Shown one piece after another: positions 29,048-39,850 of a stretch of DNA of 64,000 bases. Position 1 is the first letter of the stretch. Each line of letters opens with the position of its first letter. The position numbers were made by a program, and so were the translations under genes. This DNA is from Bacillales bacterium (GTDB lineage Bacteria; Bacillota; Bacilli; JARBTR01), in NCBI GenBank assembly GCA_029240105.1, contig JARBTR010000004.1, positions 78,620 to 142,619 on the forward strand, given 5' to 3'. The notes under the pieces were generated by a model that had not been told where the DNA came from, did no database searches, and worked only from the letters and a program-made list of their open reading frames with translations.

Positions 29048-32000
29048 TCATTTTATTGAATGCAATTCCATAGATTCTTCGACAGTAAGTATCCTATTCG
29101 CAATAAACTGTAAGCGAGAATTTTTTTCTTCTACTTTGCCTTCGAATACAAATACTCCTCCTTTATCAATTCGATTTTCAATAGGTTGGAAGGCTCTCGG
29201 GAAGGCAACCGCTTCTATTTCGCCTGTTTCATCTCCAATGGATAGAAACGCCATCTTGTCTCCATTTTTTGTGCGAGTTGTTTTCATCCGATGTACATAT
29301 GCTCCACAAAGAACTTTTTTACCAACAAGTAAACTGGAAATTGGTGTAACTCCAAGAGTTTTCCATTCATTTTGATAAGATGAAACAGGATGTGCACTTA
29401 GATATATACCCAAATATTGTTTCTCTTTTTGGAGAATTTCTTCCATACTTAATTGTTCTGCTTCAGCGTAAGTAGCATTTACCTGAATCATTCCACCTAG
29501 TTCATTTAGACTTGCAGTTTCATATGCAATATCAATACTAGCTAAAATGACTGACCGATCAATTCCAAACTCATCAAAGCAGCCAGAGAATATAAGTGCC
29601 TCAAGCACTTTTTGATTCATTATTTTTTGAGGAAACCGAGCTACAAAATCAAAAAAATCTTTGAAATGTCCATTTTTTCTCTCTTTTATTATTTCCCTAA
29701 CAACAGCTCCACTGATAAATTTAATAGAAGATAATCCAAAACGAAGAGCATGTTCACCTTCCACACGGAATCCTTCTTTACTTTTATTTATAGAAGGACT
29801 TAGAATTTCTATTTCTTGAGCTCGTAGTTCTTGTATAAAGCTAGATATTTTATCTTCATTTCCAGCAAGATTTGTTATTAATTCAGCTATGAAAAATCTA
29901 GGATAATTTGCTTTTAAATAAGCCATCTGATAAGCAATCGTTGCATAGGCTACTGAATGACTTCGATTAAAACCATAGTTAGCAAATTTAACAATTAAAT
30001 CATAGACCTTATCTGCATCTTTTTTCGAGTAACCCTTATTTAGAGAACCCTTTACAAAATGAGTCCTTTCTTGATCTAAAACATCTTTTTTCTTTTTACT
30101 TACGGCTTTACGAAGTAAATCCGCTTCACCAAGAGTGAAGCCTGCCATCATTGATGCAATACGCATAATTTGTTCTTGGTAAACAATAATTCCATACGTA
30201 TTATTCAGAATTGGTTCCAAGTCTGGGTGAGGATAATCAACTTGTTCCTCTCCATGTTTTCGCTTTATAAAGGATGGTATGTTATCCATTGGACCTGGTC
30301 GAAATAGTGCATTCACTGCAATGATATCCTCAATACAAGTTGGTTTTAACTTTCGTATCACGTTTCGCATTCCATCTGATTCTAATTGAAAGACGCCCAC
30401 TGTATCCCCGCGACTAATTAATTCAAATGTTTTAATGTCGTCTAATGGAATTCGATTCAATACTAATTTTTGCTTTGTTATACGACTAATGTTTTGTAAG
30501 ACATTATCGAGAATTGTTAAGTTCCTAAGCCCCAAAAAGTCCATCTTAAGCAAGCCGATTTGCTCCAGTTGATCCATAGGGAACTGTGTTAGCAGAACAT
30601 TTTCGTGACCCTCTTGTATCGGTACAAGCTCTGTGATGGGTGTTCTTGACATGACAACTCCTGCTGCATGAACAGAAGTATGACGTGGTAACCCCTCCCA
30701 CTTAAAGGCAGTTTTTATAACTTTTTTATAAGTAGGGTTGTTCTTATATAAATCTTGGAGTTGTTTAGATGCTGTGAATGCATCTTTTAAGGTTGTACCA
30801 AGAGCAGATGGAATCATTTTTGATAGCTGATCTAATTCCGTAGTTGCCAATCCAAAAACACGTCCTGAATCACGAACTGCTGCCTTTGGTCCAAAAGTTC
30901 CAAAGGTGATAATTTGTGCAACGTGTAATTGACCGTATTTATTGGCTACATACTGAATCATTTCTTCACGGCGATGATCAGGAAAATCTATATCGATATC
31001 CGGCATAGAAATTCGTTCTGGATTTAAAAAGCGTTCAAAGAGAAGCCCATATGCAATTGGATCTATATTTGTTATACCAAGCACATAGGAAACAATAGAA
31101 CCTGCAGCGGAGCCTCGACCTGGACCAGTTAAAATCCCTTGTTTGCGAGCATAAGCCATAAAGTCCCAGACAATCAAAAAATAATCAGCGTAATTCATTT
31201 TCGAGATGATCGATAGTTCATACTCCAATCGCTTAAAATGGTCAGGTGTGGGATTGATATACCTATATTGAAAACCTTTTTGGCAATTTTCTCTTAAAAA
31301 TTCAGTAGCTGTTTTCCCTTCAGGTACTGGAAATTTAGGCAATAGTGTTTGCCCAAATTCCAGTTCAACTTGACAGCGTTCAGCAATATGAACACTATTT
31401 CTAACGGCCTCAGCTTCATTAGAAAAATGACATCTTAACTCCTCATCAGTTAAAAAGTGCATTCCATTAAATTCAACAAAATCAGCATGATCCATTGTTA
31501 AATCACTACCAAGACATTTTAAAGCTTCTAAATAAGTTCGATCTTCCTGTTCTAAAAATTGCACACAGCACCCAGCTACAAGAGGTGCACCAAGTTGTTT
31601 TAGTTGGGATTCGAAAACCTTTGCTGCTTCATTTTTGTGTAGAGAAAGATAAAAACGATTTTCCGTAAAAACAGATTGATACCTTTGAACCAAAGAGACT
31701 GCATCGGAAAATCGATTTCCACGCAAAGCTGTTTCTATTTCCCCATCCTGGCCTGGTGATAAAGCGAACAAGCCACTAGAATAACCTTTGAGCCAACGAA
31801 ACGGCAATCCATCCTTAGCCTTGGTTTGAAGTGCAGAAGATATTTTTATTAAATTTTGATAACCTTGACGGTTCATCGCCAAAAGTACCAATGGATAACT
31901 TGATTGTTCATTATCGCTTAAAATATCTGCAGTTAACCCAATAATCGGTTTAATATTTTGCTTTTTGCATGTCTGATAAAAGTGGACAGCACCATAAAGA

Positions 32001-32128
32001 ACATTGTGATCAGTCAAGGCTACTGCTTTATACCCTTTTTTAACTGCATTCGAAACAAGCGCATCAATAGATATCGTGCTATCAAGCAAACTATATGCAC
32101 TTCTAACTTGTAAATGTACAAACGACAA
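29048..32128 (-). CDS. dnaE: DNA polymerase III alpha subunit (DnaE type)
   Basis: N-terminal PHP domain MSFVHLQVRSAYSLLDS, polymerase core and C-terminal OB fold. 1026 aa. Confidence 0.95.
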   Translation of the reverse strand: MSFVHLQVRSAYSLLDSTISIDALVSNAVKKGYKAVALTDHNVLYGAVHFYQTCKKQNIKPIIGLTADILSDNEQSSYPLVLLAMNRQGYQNLIKISSALQTKAKDGLPFRWLKGYSSGLFALSPGQDGEIETALRGNRFSDAVSLVQRYQSVFTENRFYLSLHKNEAAKVFESQLKQLGAPLVAGCCVQFLEQEDRTYLEALKCLGSDLTMDHADFVEFNGMHFLTDEELRCHFSNEAEAVRNSVHIAERCQVELEFGQTLLPKFPVPEGKTATEFLRENCQKGFQYRYINPTPDHFKRLEYELSIISKMNYADYFLIVWDFMAYARKQGILTGPGRGSAAGSIVSYVLGITNIDPIAYGLLFERFLNPERISMPDIDIDFPDHRREEMIQYVANKYGQLHVAQIITFGTFGPKAAVRDSGRVFGLATTELDQLSKMIPSALGTTLKDAFTASKQLQDLYKNNPTYKKVIKTAFKWEGLPRHTSVHAAGVVMSRTPITELVPIQEGHENVLLTQFPMDQLEQIGLLKMDFLGLRNLTILDNVLQNISRITKQKLVLNRIPLDDIKTFELISRGDTVGVFQLESDGMRNVIRKLKPTCIEDIIAVNALFRPGPMDNIPSFIKRKHGEEQVDYPHPDLEPILNNTYGIIVYQEQIMRIASMMAGFTLGEADLLRKAVSKKKKDVLDQERTHFVKGSLNKGYSKKDADKVYDLIVKFANYGFNRSHSVAYATIAYQMAYLKANYPRFFIAELITNLAGNEDKISSFIQELRAQEIEILSPSINKSKEGFRVEGEHALRFGLSSIKFISGAVVREIIKERKNGHFKDFFDFVARFPQKIMNQKVLEALIFSGCFDEFGIDRSVILASIDIAYETASLNELGGMIQVNATYAEAEQLSMEEILQKEKQYLGIYLSAHPVSSYQNEWKTLGVTPISSLLVGKKVLCGAYVHRMKTTRTKNGDKMAFLSIGDETGEIEAVAFPRAFQPIENRIDKGGVFVFEGKVEEKNSRLQFIANRILTVEESMELHSIK

Positions 32129-32236
32129 CTAATCCACCTCCCCAAATAATTTTGAATTCTAATTTTATAAAAAAACAGCATACTTCAGTTTAATTTTTAG
32201 CTTTTTTCATATGTCGGTGACAAAATTACTAATTTT

Positions 32237-32257
32237 AAAAATAGCCAGCAAGCTGGT
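32237..32257 (-). terminator. weak terminator-like hairpin at the left end of foldback element copy 2
   Basis: ccagcaagctgg (32245-32256). The minus strand then reads ctattttt. Confidence 0.3.
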
Positions 32258-32706
32258 CCTTTTAAAACATTTGCGCGGATGTTTTGGATGAATTCCCGCA
32301 GAGCTTTCCTGTGGGTGAACGCCTGAGCCTAAGGTGTTGGGAGTCGAACCCTTAGGGTTTAATCGTTGTGATTTCACTGCTCTCGTTGTTCTCGTCGGGC
32401 GCAATATGATCGATATGACTTCCTCCTCGGCCTAGATAGCAATGAAATCACTTAAATTAAACTCGAAGACCTATTCTTGTTACTTTCGAAGCAAGGCAAG
32501 GCAGAAGTGACGAGGCGTATCGAACATACGCTAGGAACTTCTAACGCAGAATTGCAAATAAAGAAACAAGAAAAGGCCTATGGGTTCGACTCCCTTCACC
32601 TTAAGGTCTCAGGCACCCACTTTCACACGGGAGTCCTGCGGGTTTCATTGCCAAAACATCCATATTGTTCATCCTTCTAAAGCGTCTGGCACAAATAGTT
32701 GAGGCC
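32245..32706. repeat. GC-rich foldback element, copy 2
   Basis: Gapless match to 19051-19512 at a constant offset of 13194 nt (about 92% identity), in the same orientation. Confidence 0.85.
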
Positions 32707-32776
32707 CAAAAAAATTTATACTTTCTTATCTTTTTAAAAAAACCATTTGACCTAATACTTGTATCAGATCAACATG

Positions 32777-33721
32777 TTATTTACACGCATCAACTAAATC
32801 CTTAAGAAGTAACTTCGCTTCATCCCAGGAGGACACATTTGCACCTGATGCCAATGGATGCCCACCTCCGTTGTATTTTTCTGCGATTGTGTTAATAATC
32901 GTTCCTTTTGAACGTAAATTCACACGGATAGGCTTATCTTCAGTGAAGAACGCCCAAGCTTTAATTCCTTTTACGTTTCCAAGAATTGAAACTAAACGTG
33001 ACGCGTCTGACGAGGATACATTAAATTTTTCTTTAATTTCATTAGTAATAAAAATATTACCAACATTATTCTCAAGCGTCTCAAAATTTTCTAAAATATA
33101 TCCTTGAAGCTTGATCATATTCATAGGTTCTTCGTACATTTCAGTATGTAATTGATTTCGATCAAAATCATATTTGACAAGCTCACTAACAATCCGGAAA
33201 GTGTCACATGATGTGGACGGATATAAGAAATGGCCTGTATCACCAGCAATTCCTCCATATAAAAGTCGAGCAGCCTCTGGTGAACAAATGAATCCCATGT
33301 TTTTGCCAGCTTCAAAAAGTTCAAAAATCATTTCGCTGGTTGCACTTGCTTCAACATTTACCCAACAAATATCTCCATAAGCGTCATGATTCGGATGATG
33401 ATCAATTTTAATTAATTTTTCTGCTTTTACATAACGATTATCATCGATCCTTTCCTGATTTGCAGTGTCCGTCACTATTGCTAGTGCCCCATTCCATTCT
33501 TCATCCTCAATTTCATCAAGTTCATGCAAATAATTTAAAGCCAATGCTGGTGTTCCCACCATATAAATTTTCTTCTCCGGAAAGGAAGCCTTTAATATTT
33601 CCCCTAACCCACATTGAGATCCATATGCATCTAAATCAGGTCGAACATGTCGATGGATAATGATTTTTTCATAGCTCTTAATCATTTCAATAATATCTTT
33701 TTTTAAGGTTTCTGTTTTCAA
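32777..33721 (-). CDS. nrnA: bifunctional oligoribonuclease / pAp phosphatase (DHH-DHHA1)
   Basis: HVRPDLDAYGS, DHHPNH and GGGHPLASGA motifs. Confidence 0.85.
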   Translation of the reverse strand: MKTETLKKDIIEMIKSYEKIIIHRHVRPDLDAYGSQCGLGEILKASFPEKKIYMVGTPALALNYLHELDEIEDEEWNGALAIVTDTANQERIDDNRYVKAEKLIKIDHHPNHDAYGDICWVNVEASATSEMIFELFEAGKNMGFICSPEAARLLYGGIAGDTGHFLYPSTSCDTFRIVSELVKYDFDRNQLHTEMYEEPMNMIKLQGYILENFETLENNVGNIFITNEIKEKFNVSSSDASRLVSILGNVKGIKAWAFFTEDKPIRVNLRSKGTIINTIAEKYNGGGHPLASGANVSSWDEAKLLLKDLVDACK

Positions 33722-33733
33722 GGTTTTATCTCC

Positions 33734-35056
33734 TTAATAATTCTTCTTTTCAAGTATTCGACAGGATAACATCGCTTTTCCGACCAATTCTCCCGCGCTT
33801 TTTATCTCAATGTCCATTTTGCCGCTATTTCTTTCAATTTCAAAAATCGCAGGAACAATCTCCATTTGTGCATTCATCATCATGGTTTTTAAAAAGTATA
33901 TAGTCATATTATCAAGCATTAAATCTGTAAAGTTTAATTTTCTAAATTCACGATTTGCTACTTCTGTCAAAACCGAGGTTATTACACCATAAGAGATACT
34001 TCCATTATAATTTGCAAACTGTGGTAAAAACATCATTTGGTAAACTGGTTGCAAATCTGCGGAATCTGTTTTTAATGAGATAGCTTGTGCAATAATATCT
34101 TCTATTGTACCCGTTTCCTGCATTTGTCTATGATTGAAATGAATAGCACTATTTACTGCTTTTTTTCTTAATACACTCACTAGACGATTTCGTTCATCAA
34201 CTACAGGTAAAATTTCAACATTTTCCTGTAGCATGAGATGAGCTGCAGCAGCAACACTAATATCACCTTGTATTGATTTTGCTTTTTTTGTCATAACATT
34301 TTCAATTTTGACATCAAATGATTGTCCTAAGATGTCACTTGAGGTAGCAATACCGACTAATTTCATTTGCTCATCTACAACTGGAAAACGTGTATGTTTT
34401 GTTTCAATGTTTCGTTCATGCCATTTTGAAATTTCATCTGTTTTAACTAAATAATTCTCTCTAGTTATTTTTTCGGCTACATCTTCAACGAGTAAAATAT
34501 CCTTCTTTATTAAAAGATCATATATCGCACGGTTTATCATTTTTGCAACAGAATATGTATCACCCTTTGAAACAATAATTGGTAAATTTAATTCATCTGC
34601 CAATTTCTTTGTTTTGGGATCTGCATGGAAACCACCAGTAATAAGTACTGCTGCTCCCATCTTAAGAGCAATATCATGAGCATCGCTTCTATTTCCAACT
34701 ATTAATAAATCACTTTTATGGATATAACCAACCATTGCTTCGATTTCCATTGCACCAATAACAAAATTGTTTAATCGCATATGCAAACCAGATTTACCAG
34801 CAACAACCTGACCGTTTACAATTTTTACAACTTCAGCAAATGTTAGATGTTCTATATTTTCTTTTCTTTTTCTCTCGATACGTATTGTTCCGACACGTTC
34901 AATTGTCATTGCAATGCCCTTATTTTCAGCATCCTTAATGGCGTTGTACGCTGTTCCTTCGCTTACATGTAGTTCTTTTGCAACAGACCGAACAGATATT
35001 TTTTCCCCTATCGGCAAACTCGATATGTATTGTAAAATTTGTTCATGTTTTGTCAT
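33734..35056 (-). CDS. ytoI: DRTGG + CBS-pair domain protein
   Basis: 440 aa: N-terminal HTH-like region, DRTGG domain and CBS pairs. Adjacent to nrnA as in Bacillus. Confidence 0.75.
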   Translation of the reverse strand: MTKHEQILQYISSLPIGEKISVRSVAKELHVSEGTAYNAIKDAENKGIAMTIERVGTIRIERKRKENIEHLTFAEVVKIVNGQVVAGKSGLHMRLNNFVIGAMEIEAMVGYIHKSDLLIVGNRSDAHDIALKMGAAVLITGGFHADPKTKKLADELNLPIIVSKGDTYSVAKMINRAIYDLLIKKDILLVEDVAEKITRENYLVKTDEISKWHERNIETKHTRFPVVDEQMKLVGIATSSDILGQSFDVKIENVMTKKAKSIQGDISVAAAAHLMLQENVEILPVVDERNRLVSVLRKKAVNSAIHFNHRQMQETGTIEDIIAQAISLKTDSADLQPVYQMMFLPQFANYNGSISYGVITSVLTEVANREFRKLNFTDLMLDNMTIYFLKTMMMNAQMEIVPAIFEIERNSGKMDIEIKSAGELVGKAMLSCRILEKKNY

Positions 35057-35202
35057 ATAGTAAGTCCCTTTTTGTCATTCTACTATTATTCTATCTCTCT
35101 TCTGTTCAATTTTCAAAAAAATCTGTATTAATACAGAAAAATGCTTTACGTATCAAACTTTTAGGTTATAATCTTCTGTAAAATGATTCCAACGATTGAG
35201 GG

Positions 35203-36300
35203 ATGAGTATGAGTAAAATTGAAAAAATATCTAAATGGTTACAGGAAAATAATATTGATGCAGCTTTTATAACCTCAACAGAAAATGTTTTATATTTAAC
35301 TGGCTTTCCTTGCAAACCACATGAACGTTTATTAGCAGTATTTATATTTCCTGATCAAGATCCATTTCTCATTGTTCCTCAGTTGGATGCTGAAGATGCA
35401 ATGCACTCAGGATGGAAATACGATGTTATAGGTATATCTGATACAGAAAATCCATGGGAAAAAATACGCGAAACGATTAAAAACCGTTATATTCGAATTG
35501 ATACGTTAGCTATTGAAAAAGATCATTTGGTTTATAACAGAATCGCTAATTTAGATAAAATTTTCTCAAAACCAATGTACATCTCAGCAGAGGAAAAAAT
35601 TTGGTCAATGAGAATGATTAAATCTAATGAAGAAACAAAAAAATTGAGAGAAGCTGCACGTGGTGCAGATTTCGCTATAGAAATTGGAGTAAAAGAAATA
35701 GCTGCAGGTAAAACTGAGATGCAAATTCTGGCAGCAATTGAATATCAGTTAAAAAAGGAAGGCATTTCTAAAATGTCTTTCGATACTATGGTTTTAACTG
35801 GAGCAAATGGAGCTTCTCCACATGGGGTCCCTGGGAATACAAAAGTTCAACATGGCGATTTAGTTATGTTTGATTTAGGTGTTGTGATTGATGGTTATTG
35901 TTCAGATATTACCAGAACAGTTGCTTTTGGAGAACCAAGCGAGCAGCAACGAGCGATTTATGAAACTGTTTTAAAAGCTCAAACTGCAGCATGCAACGCA
36001 GTCAAACCTGGTAAAACCTGTGCTGATATTGATTTAACCGCCCGAAATATCATTGCACAGGCTGGTTATGGTGAATTTTTCCCGCATCGGCTAGGTCATG
36101 GACTTGGAATGTCTGTACACGAATCTCCTTCAGTGACTTCTGTTAATCAGCTCGTCCTTCAGGAAGGAATGGTCTTTACAATTGAACCAGGAATTTACAT
36201 ACCAGGTATTGCAGGGGTCCGAATTGAAGACGACGTACTTGTGACTGCCGATTCTGTAGAAATTTTTACCCAATTTACGAAAGAATTGATTATAATTTAG
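35203..36300 (+). CDS. M24-family Xaa-Pro dipeptidase/aminopeptidase
   Basis: Creatinase-like N-domain. Metal ligands in FDLGVVIDGYCSDITRT, HRLGHGLG and EPGIY...RIED. Confidence 0.85.
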   Translation: MSMSKIEKISKWLQENNIDAAFITSTENVLYLTGFPCKPHERLLAVFIFPDQDPFLIVPQLDAEDAMHSGWKYDVIGISDTENPWEKIRETIKNRYIRIDTLAIEKDHLVYNRIANLDKIFSKPMYISAEEKIWSMRMIKSNEETKKLREAARGADFAIEIGVKEIAAGKTEMQILAAIEYQLKKEGISKMSFDTMVLTGANGASPHGVPGNTKVQHGDLVMFDLGVVIDGYCSDITRTVAFGEPSEQQRAIYETVLKAQTAACNAVKPGKTCADIDLTARNIIAQAGYGEFFPHRLGHGLGMSVHESPSVTSVNQLVLQEGMVFTIEPGIYIPGIAGVRIEDDVLVTADSVEIFTQFTKELIII

Positions 36301-36352
36301 AAATAAATGATTGCATTTATTTGTAAAGATATAAACAAAGGAGATCCAATAC

Positions 36353-36676
36353 ATGCAAAAATACTTTTCATTAAATAAACGACTTGGTATTGAATTACCC
36401 ATGCTTGAAAAATCGATTGAAGATTACGATCTAGACACACAACATGCAATTCTATTTCATTGGGAAAAGGTTCGTGGCGCAATACCTGATCGCATACAAG
36501 AACTTGAAGTAGAAATAAATACAAGACAGAAAAAAATGAATAAAGAAGAAGACTTACATACTTCAGCTACTATCAATTCAGAAATAGCTGAGTTGGCATC
36601 TATAATAAATGACCTTCTTATTTGGTACCGATTTCAAGCACACCACACTACAGAATTAACCAAAGCAGTTGATTAA
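36353..36676 (+). CDS. hypothetical protein
   Basis: 107 aa, helical and charged. No family recognised. Followed by a terminator. Confidence 0.4.
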   Translation: MQKYFSLNKRLGIELPMLEKSIEDYDLDTQHAILFHWEKVRGAIPDRIQELEVEINTRQKKMNKEEDLHTSATINSEIAELASIINDLLIWYRFQAHHTTELTKAVD

Positions 36677-36691
36677 TAGATATTCAAATAA

Positions 36692-36722
36692 AAATCTGCA
36701 ACTTTGATTGCAGATTTTTTAT
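36692..36722 (+). terminator. intrinsic terminator
   Basis: aaatctgca (36692-36700) pairs with tgcagattt (36709-36717), followed by a T-run. Confidence 0.7.
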
Positions 36723-36851
36723 TTGATTCTGATTCTATATCTCTCCAATTTTCCTTAATTCTTAAAATTTCTAATTCACTATTCGTTCGTCTAGACAAGC
36801 CTTCCAACTCTTTCATAGTTTATATAAGAACTGCTAGAAAGGAGGATTAGT

Positions 36852-37238
36852 ATGTCAATTTGTGAAAAACTTGCAAATATTATTGACGGTGAAGTGGTTA
36901 CATCATCTCCAGTCTGTGTTGTTCAACGCCTTAGAGATATCAGAGCCACAATTTTAGGCCGTCGTACACGTTCACCTTTAGCTTTGCCATTTGCCCTTTC
37001 ATTCGAAAATAATCAAAATGGACAAACTCTTAATTTAGGAGAATCTGTTGTACTACAAAAAGAAATAAACCCCTTTATGTCTGCATTACGTGAAAGGGGA
37101 ATCATTGTAACAGCCGTTCATAATCATTGGCTTTTCGATGATCCACGTCTAATGTATATGCATTGGGAAAATGTTGGGGATCCATTTGAGTTCGCAAGAA
37201 ATAGTATCGAGGCAGCTGAAGATGCTTGCCTTTTCTAA
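36852..37238 (+). CDS. DUF1259-like protein
   Basis: 128 aa. The VTAVHNHW motif and overall pattern resemble DUF1259 (from memory, not verified). Confidence 0.45.
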   Translation: MSICEKLANIIDGEVVTSSPVCVVQRLRDIRATILGRRTRSPLALPFALSFENNQNGQTLNLGESVVLQKEINPFMSALRERGIIVTAVHNHWLFDDPRLMYMHWENVGDPFEFARNSIEAAEDACLF

Positions 37239-37306
37239 ACCATTCTAATTATTACACTATAGTAGTATCCATGATCACAATTAAACATAAACGAATGGTA
37301 AAAAAT

Positions 37307-37336
37307 AAGCTGCAATCTATTAATAGATTGCAGCTT
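37307..37336. terminator. bidirectional terminator between the DUF1259-like gene and ackA
   Basis: aagctgcaatcta ttaa tagattgcagctt: 13-bp perfect stem flanked by an A-run and a T-run. Confidence 0.7.
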
Positions 37337-37419
37337 TTAAATTTAAATAAACATCCCTAAAGTTTTCATCGCAAAAACAAAAAGACACTCGAGATTGATC
37401 CTTCAACAATAATTGCTAA

Positions 37420-38604
37420 TTAAATGAATCGTTGTACATCTCTAGCAATCATAACCTCTTCATTTGTAGGGATTACTATTACTTTTACTTTTGAATCAGC
37501 CGTACTAATAATTCTTTCCTCACGGCAGCCTCTATTAGCATCTTTGTCAAATTGAACACCCATAAATTCGAATCCAGTCATGACTTCTTCACGAACCAAA
37601 CCACTATTTTCACCAACACCTGCAGTGAATACGATCACATCGACACCACCCATTACAGCAGCGTACATACCGATATGTTTTTTAATACGGTCAACAAAAA
37701 TATCATTTGTAACAATTGCTCTTTCATTTCCACTTGCAACTGCATTTTCAATATCTCGGCAATCACTGGAAACACCAGAAAGTCCTAATAAACCACTTTG
37801 TTTATTAAAGATATCAACTACTTCTTCAGCAGTTTTATCTAATTTCTTCATCAAGAATGGAACGATCGCTGGGTCAAGGTTTCCTGAACGTGTACCCATT
37901 GTCAATCCTTCAAGCGGCGTGAATCCCATTGATGTATCAACAGACTTTCCACCATCAACTGCAGTTAAACTTCCACCGTTACCGATGTGACAAGTGATGA
38001 TTTTTAGGTCTTTTAAGTCCTTTCCTACAAGTTCAGCAGCTCTAGCTGATACATAATTATGAGATGTACCGTGGAAACCATACTTTCTCACACCAAAATT
38101 TTTGTAGAACTCATAAGGAATACTGTATAAATACGCTTTTTCAGGCATTGTAGCATGGAAAGACGTATCAAACACTACAACTGCTGGAATTCCAGGAAGA
38201 GCCTTCTCAAAAGCACGAATGCCTATTAAGTTTGCTGGATTATGTAGAGGTGCAAATTCAGCAAGTTCTTCTATTTTAGTAATGACGTCAGCATTTACTA
38301 CCGCTGAATCTGGGAATGCTTCCCCGCCATGAACAACTCGATGTCCCACACCTTCGATTTCATCTAGCGATCCTACAATACCGTGATCCAACAATTTTTT
38401 AAGTAACATATCTACTGCTACTTCATGATTTGGAATATCTGTAACTGTTTTATGTTTTTCCCCTGCCGCTTCAATCATAAAAATTGAATCTGGTAGGCCG
38501 ACTCTCTCAACAAGACCCTTTGTAATAACTGTTTCAGCAGGCATCTCAAACAATTGAAACTTCAGCGATGAACTACCTGCATTGATTGCAATAATTTTTG
38601 ACAT
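37420..38604 (-). CDS. ackA: acetate kinase
   Basis: [19 protein letters not shown] start and full-length 394 aa. Confidence 0.95.
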   Translation of the reverse strand: MSKIIAINAGSSSLKFQLFEMPAETVITKGLVERVGLPDSIFMIEAAGEKHKTVTDIPNHEVAVDMLLKKLLDHGIVGSLDEIEGVGHRVVHGGEAFPDSAVVNADVITKIEELAEFAPLHNPANLIGIRAFEKALPGIPAVVVFDTSFHATMPEKAYLYSIPYEFYKNFGVRKYGFHGTSHNYVSARAAELVGKDLKDLKIITCHIGNGGSLTAVDGGKSVDTSMGFTPLEGLTMGTRSGNLDPAIVPFLMKKLDKTAEEVVDIFNKQSGLLGLSGVSSDCRDIENAVASGNERAIVTNDIFVDRIKKHIGMYAAVMGGVDVIVFTAGVGENSGLVREEVMTGFEFMGVQFDKDANRGCREERIISTADSKVKVIVIPTNEEVMIARDVQRFI

Positions 38605-38640
38605 ATTTTTAATTTCCTCTCAAAAAAGTTTATAATTATT

Positions 38641-39585
38641 TTATTTTCCTTCAAAAAAGGAATCGATTTTCAGCATCATATCTGCAATCGCTTCTTTATT
38701 TGAAACACTTGGCAATTGCGCAAGTAATGATTCCTTCGGCGCTACAACATTTGCACCTTTTTTCTGCAATACAACAATATTTTTTGATAAATCTTCATTT
38801 ACAAACATGCTTTTTGGTAATTTGATAAGGGCAAGTAAATATGCGCTTTCTTTTAAAATGCGCACCATATCTCCTGCATATACACCATTTACCAAACTTT
38901 CAGGAACTACTAAAAATAAGTATCCACCAACTGATGTTTGTGCGATTGCATTATCAACAATCGATATAAGTTTAGGTTTTCCTTCAGTCTTCTTTGTTGC
39001 ATCGGGTAAATCTGATAAGACCACATCAAATTTTTGTGAACCAACTTCCTCAGCAGCATCCACATTGTCAAATTCAATTTGAATTTCACCGTAAACAGCA
39101 TTTATTTCTGCAATATCTAACATCATTTCATCAATGTCAGTTCCCAACGCAAAGGCTGTACGATCTGCAAATTTTCTTAAAAATTCAAGCAGTAAATGAC
39201 CCGTTCCAACTGTAGGATCTAGGACATTTAAATCCGCTTTTCCTTTTAAAAGCTTCTCAGCTAGATAATTCACAAGAACGGTCACTACATCAGGAGTCAT
39301 TTGATGATTCGGTGTAACATGCTTCTTCATGACTTTTAATAAAGCAAATTTAAATCCTTCGAATTTCATATCTGCGTCAAACTGGCTCAAAGGAGTATCT
39401 TTAATGATTTTCTCCATTCGATAAACAGCACTTTCGGAAAGCATGGTGTCAAATACATCATTTGAAAACCAAAAGTTAGCCGCTTCAATAAGTGAATCAA
39501 TTTCATTTAACATCAAATCTTCAGAAATGATTTGACTTAATTCAGTTAAAACGTCAAATACTTGTTCAAACTCTTTTCTTTCCAA
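38641..39585 (-). CDS. ytxK: class I SAM-dependent (N6-adenine-type) methyltransferase, YtxK-like
   Basis: VLDPTVGTGHLL SAM-binding motif. Upstream of ackA as in B. subtilis. Start probably the TTG 7 nt after GAGGTG (39585) rather than the GTG inside the SD. Confidence 0.65.
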   Translation of the reverse strand: MERKEFEQVFDVLTELSQIISEDLMLNEIDSLIEAANFWFSNDVFDTMLSESAVYRMEKIIKDTPLSQFDADMKFEGFKFALLKVMKKHVTPNHQMTPDVVTVLVNYLAEKLLKGKADLNVLDPTVGTGHLLLEFLRKFADRTAFALGTDIDEMMLDIAEINAVYGEIQIEFDNVDAAEEVGSQKFDVVLSDLPDATKKTEGKPKLISIVDNAIAQTSVGGYLFLVVPESLVNGVYAGDMVRILKESAYLLALIKLPKSMFVNEDLSKNIVVLQKKGANVVAPKESLLAQLPSVSNKEAIADMMLKIDSFFEGK

Positions 39586-39805
39586 AAGATACACCTCATC
39601 TGTTTAAATAGAGATTCTTAAAAATACACCATAATAGAGTATCAAAAAGGAGTTAAAATGAATAGTCAGAAAAATATAACTTATGCATATATCATTTGTT
39701 AACAAAAAAATGCGAAACAATACGTTGGGTACCGGTTCGCGAAACATGCAAAAAATATCTTAACCTATACTTGGAAGTAATTTTACTAAATAGTAAAAAT
39801 CAAAG

Positions 39806-39832
39806 TAAAAAAATAGCCGATTTCTCGGCTAT
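39806..39832 (-). terminator. terminator of ytfJ
   Basis: atagccga tttc tcggctat (39813-39832) followed on the minus strand by T7. Confidence 0.75.
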
Positions 39833-39850
39833 CATCTCATAACTATAGGT

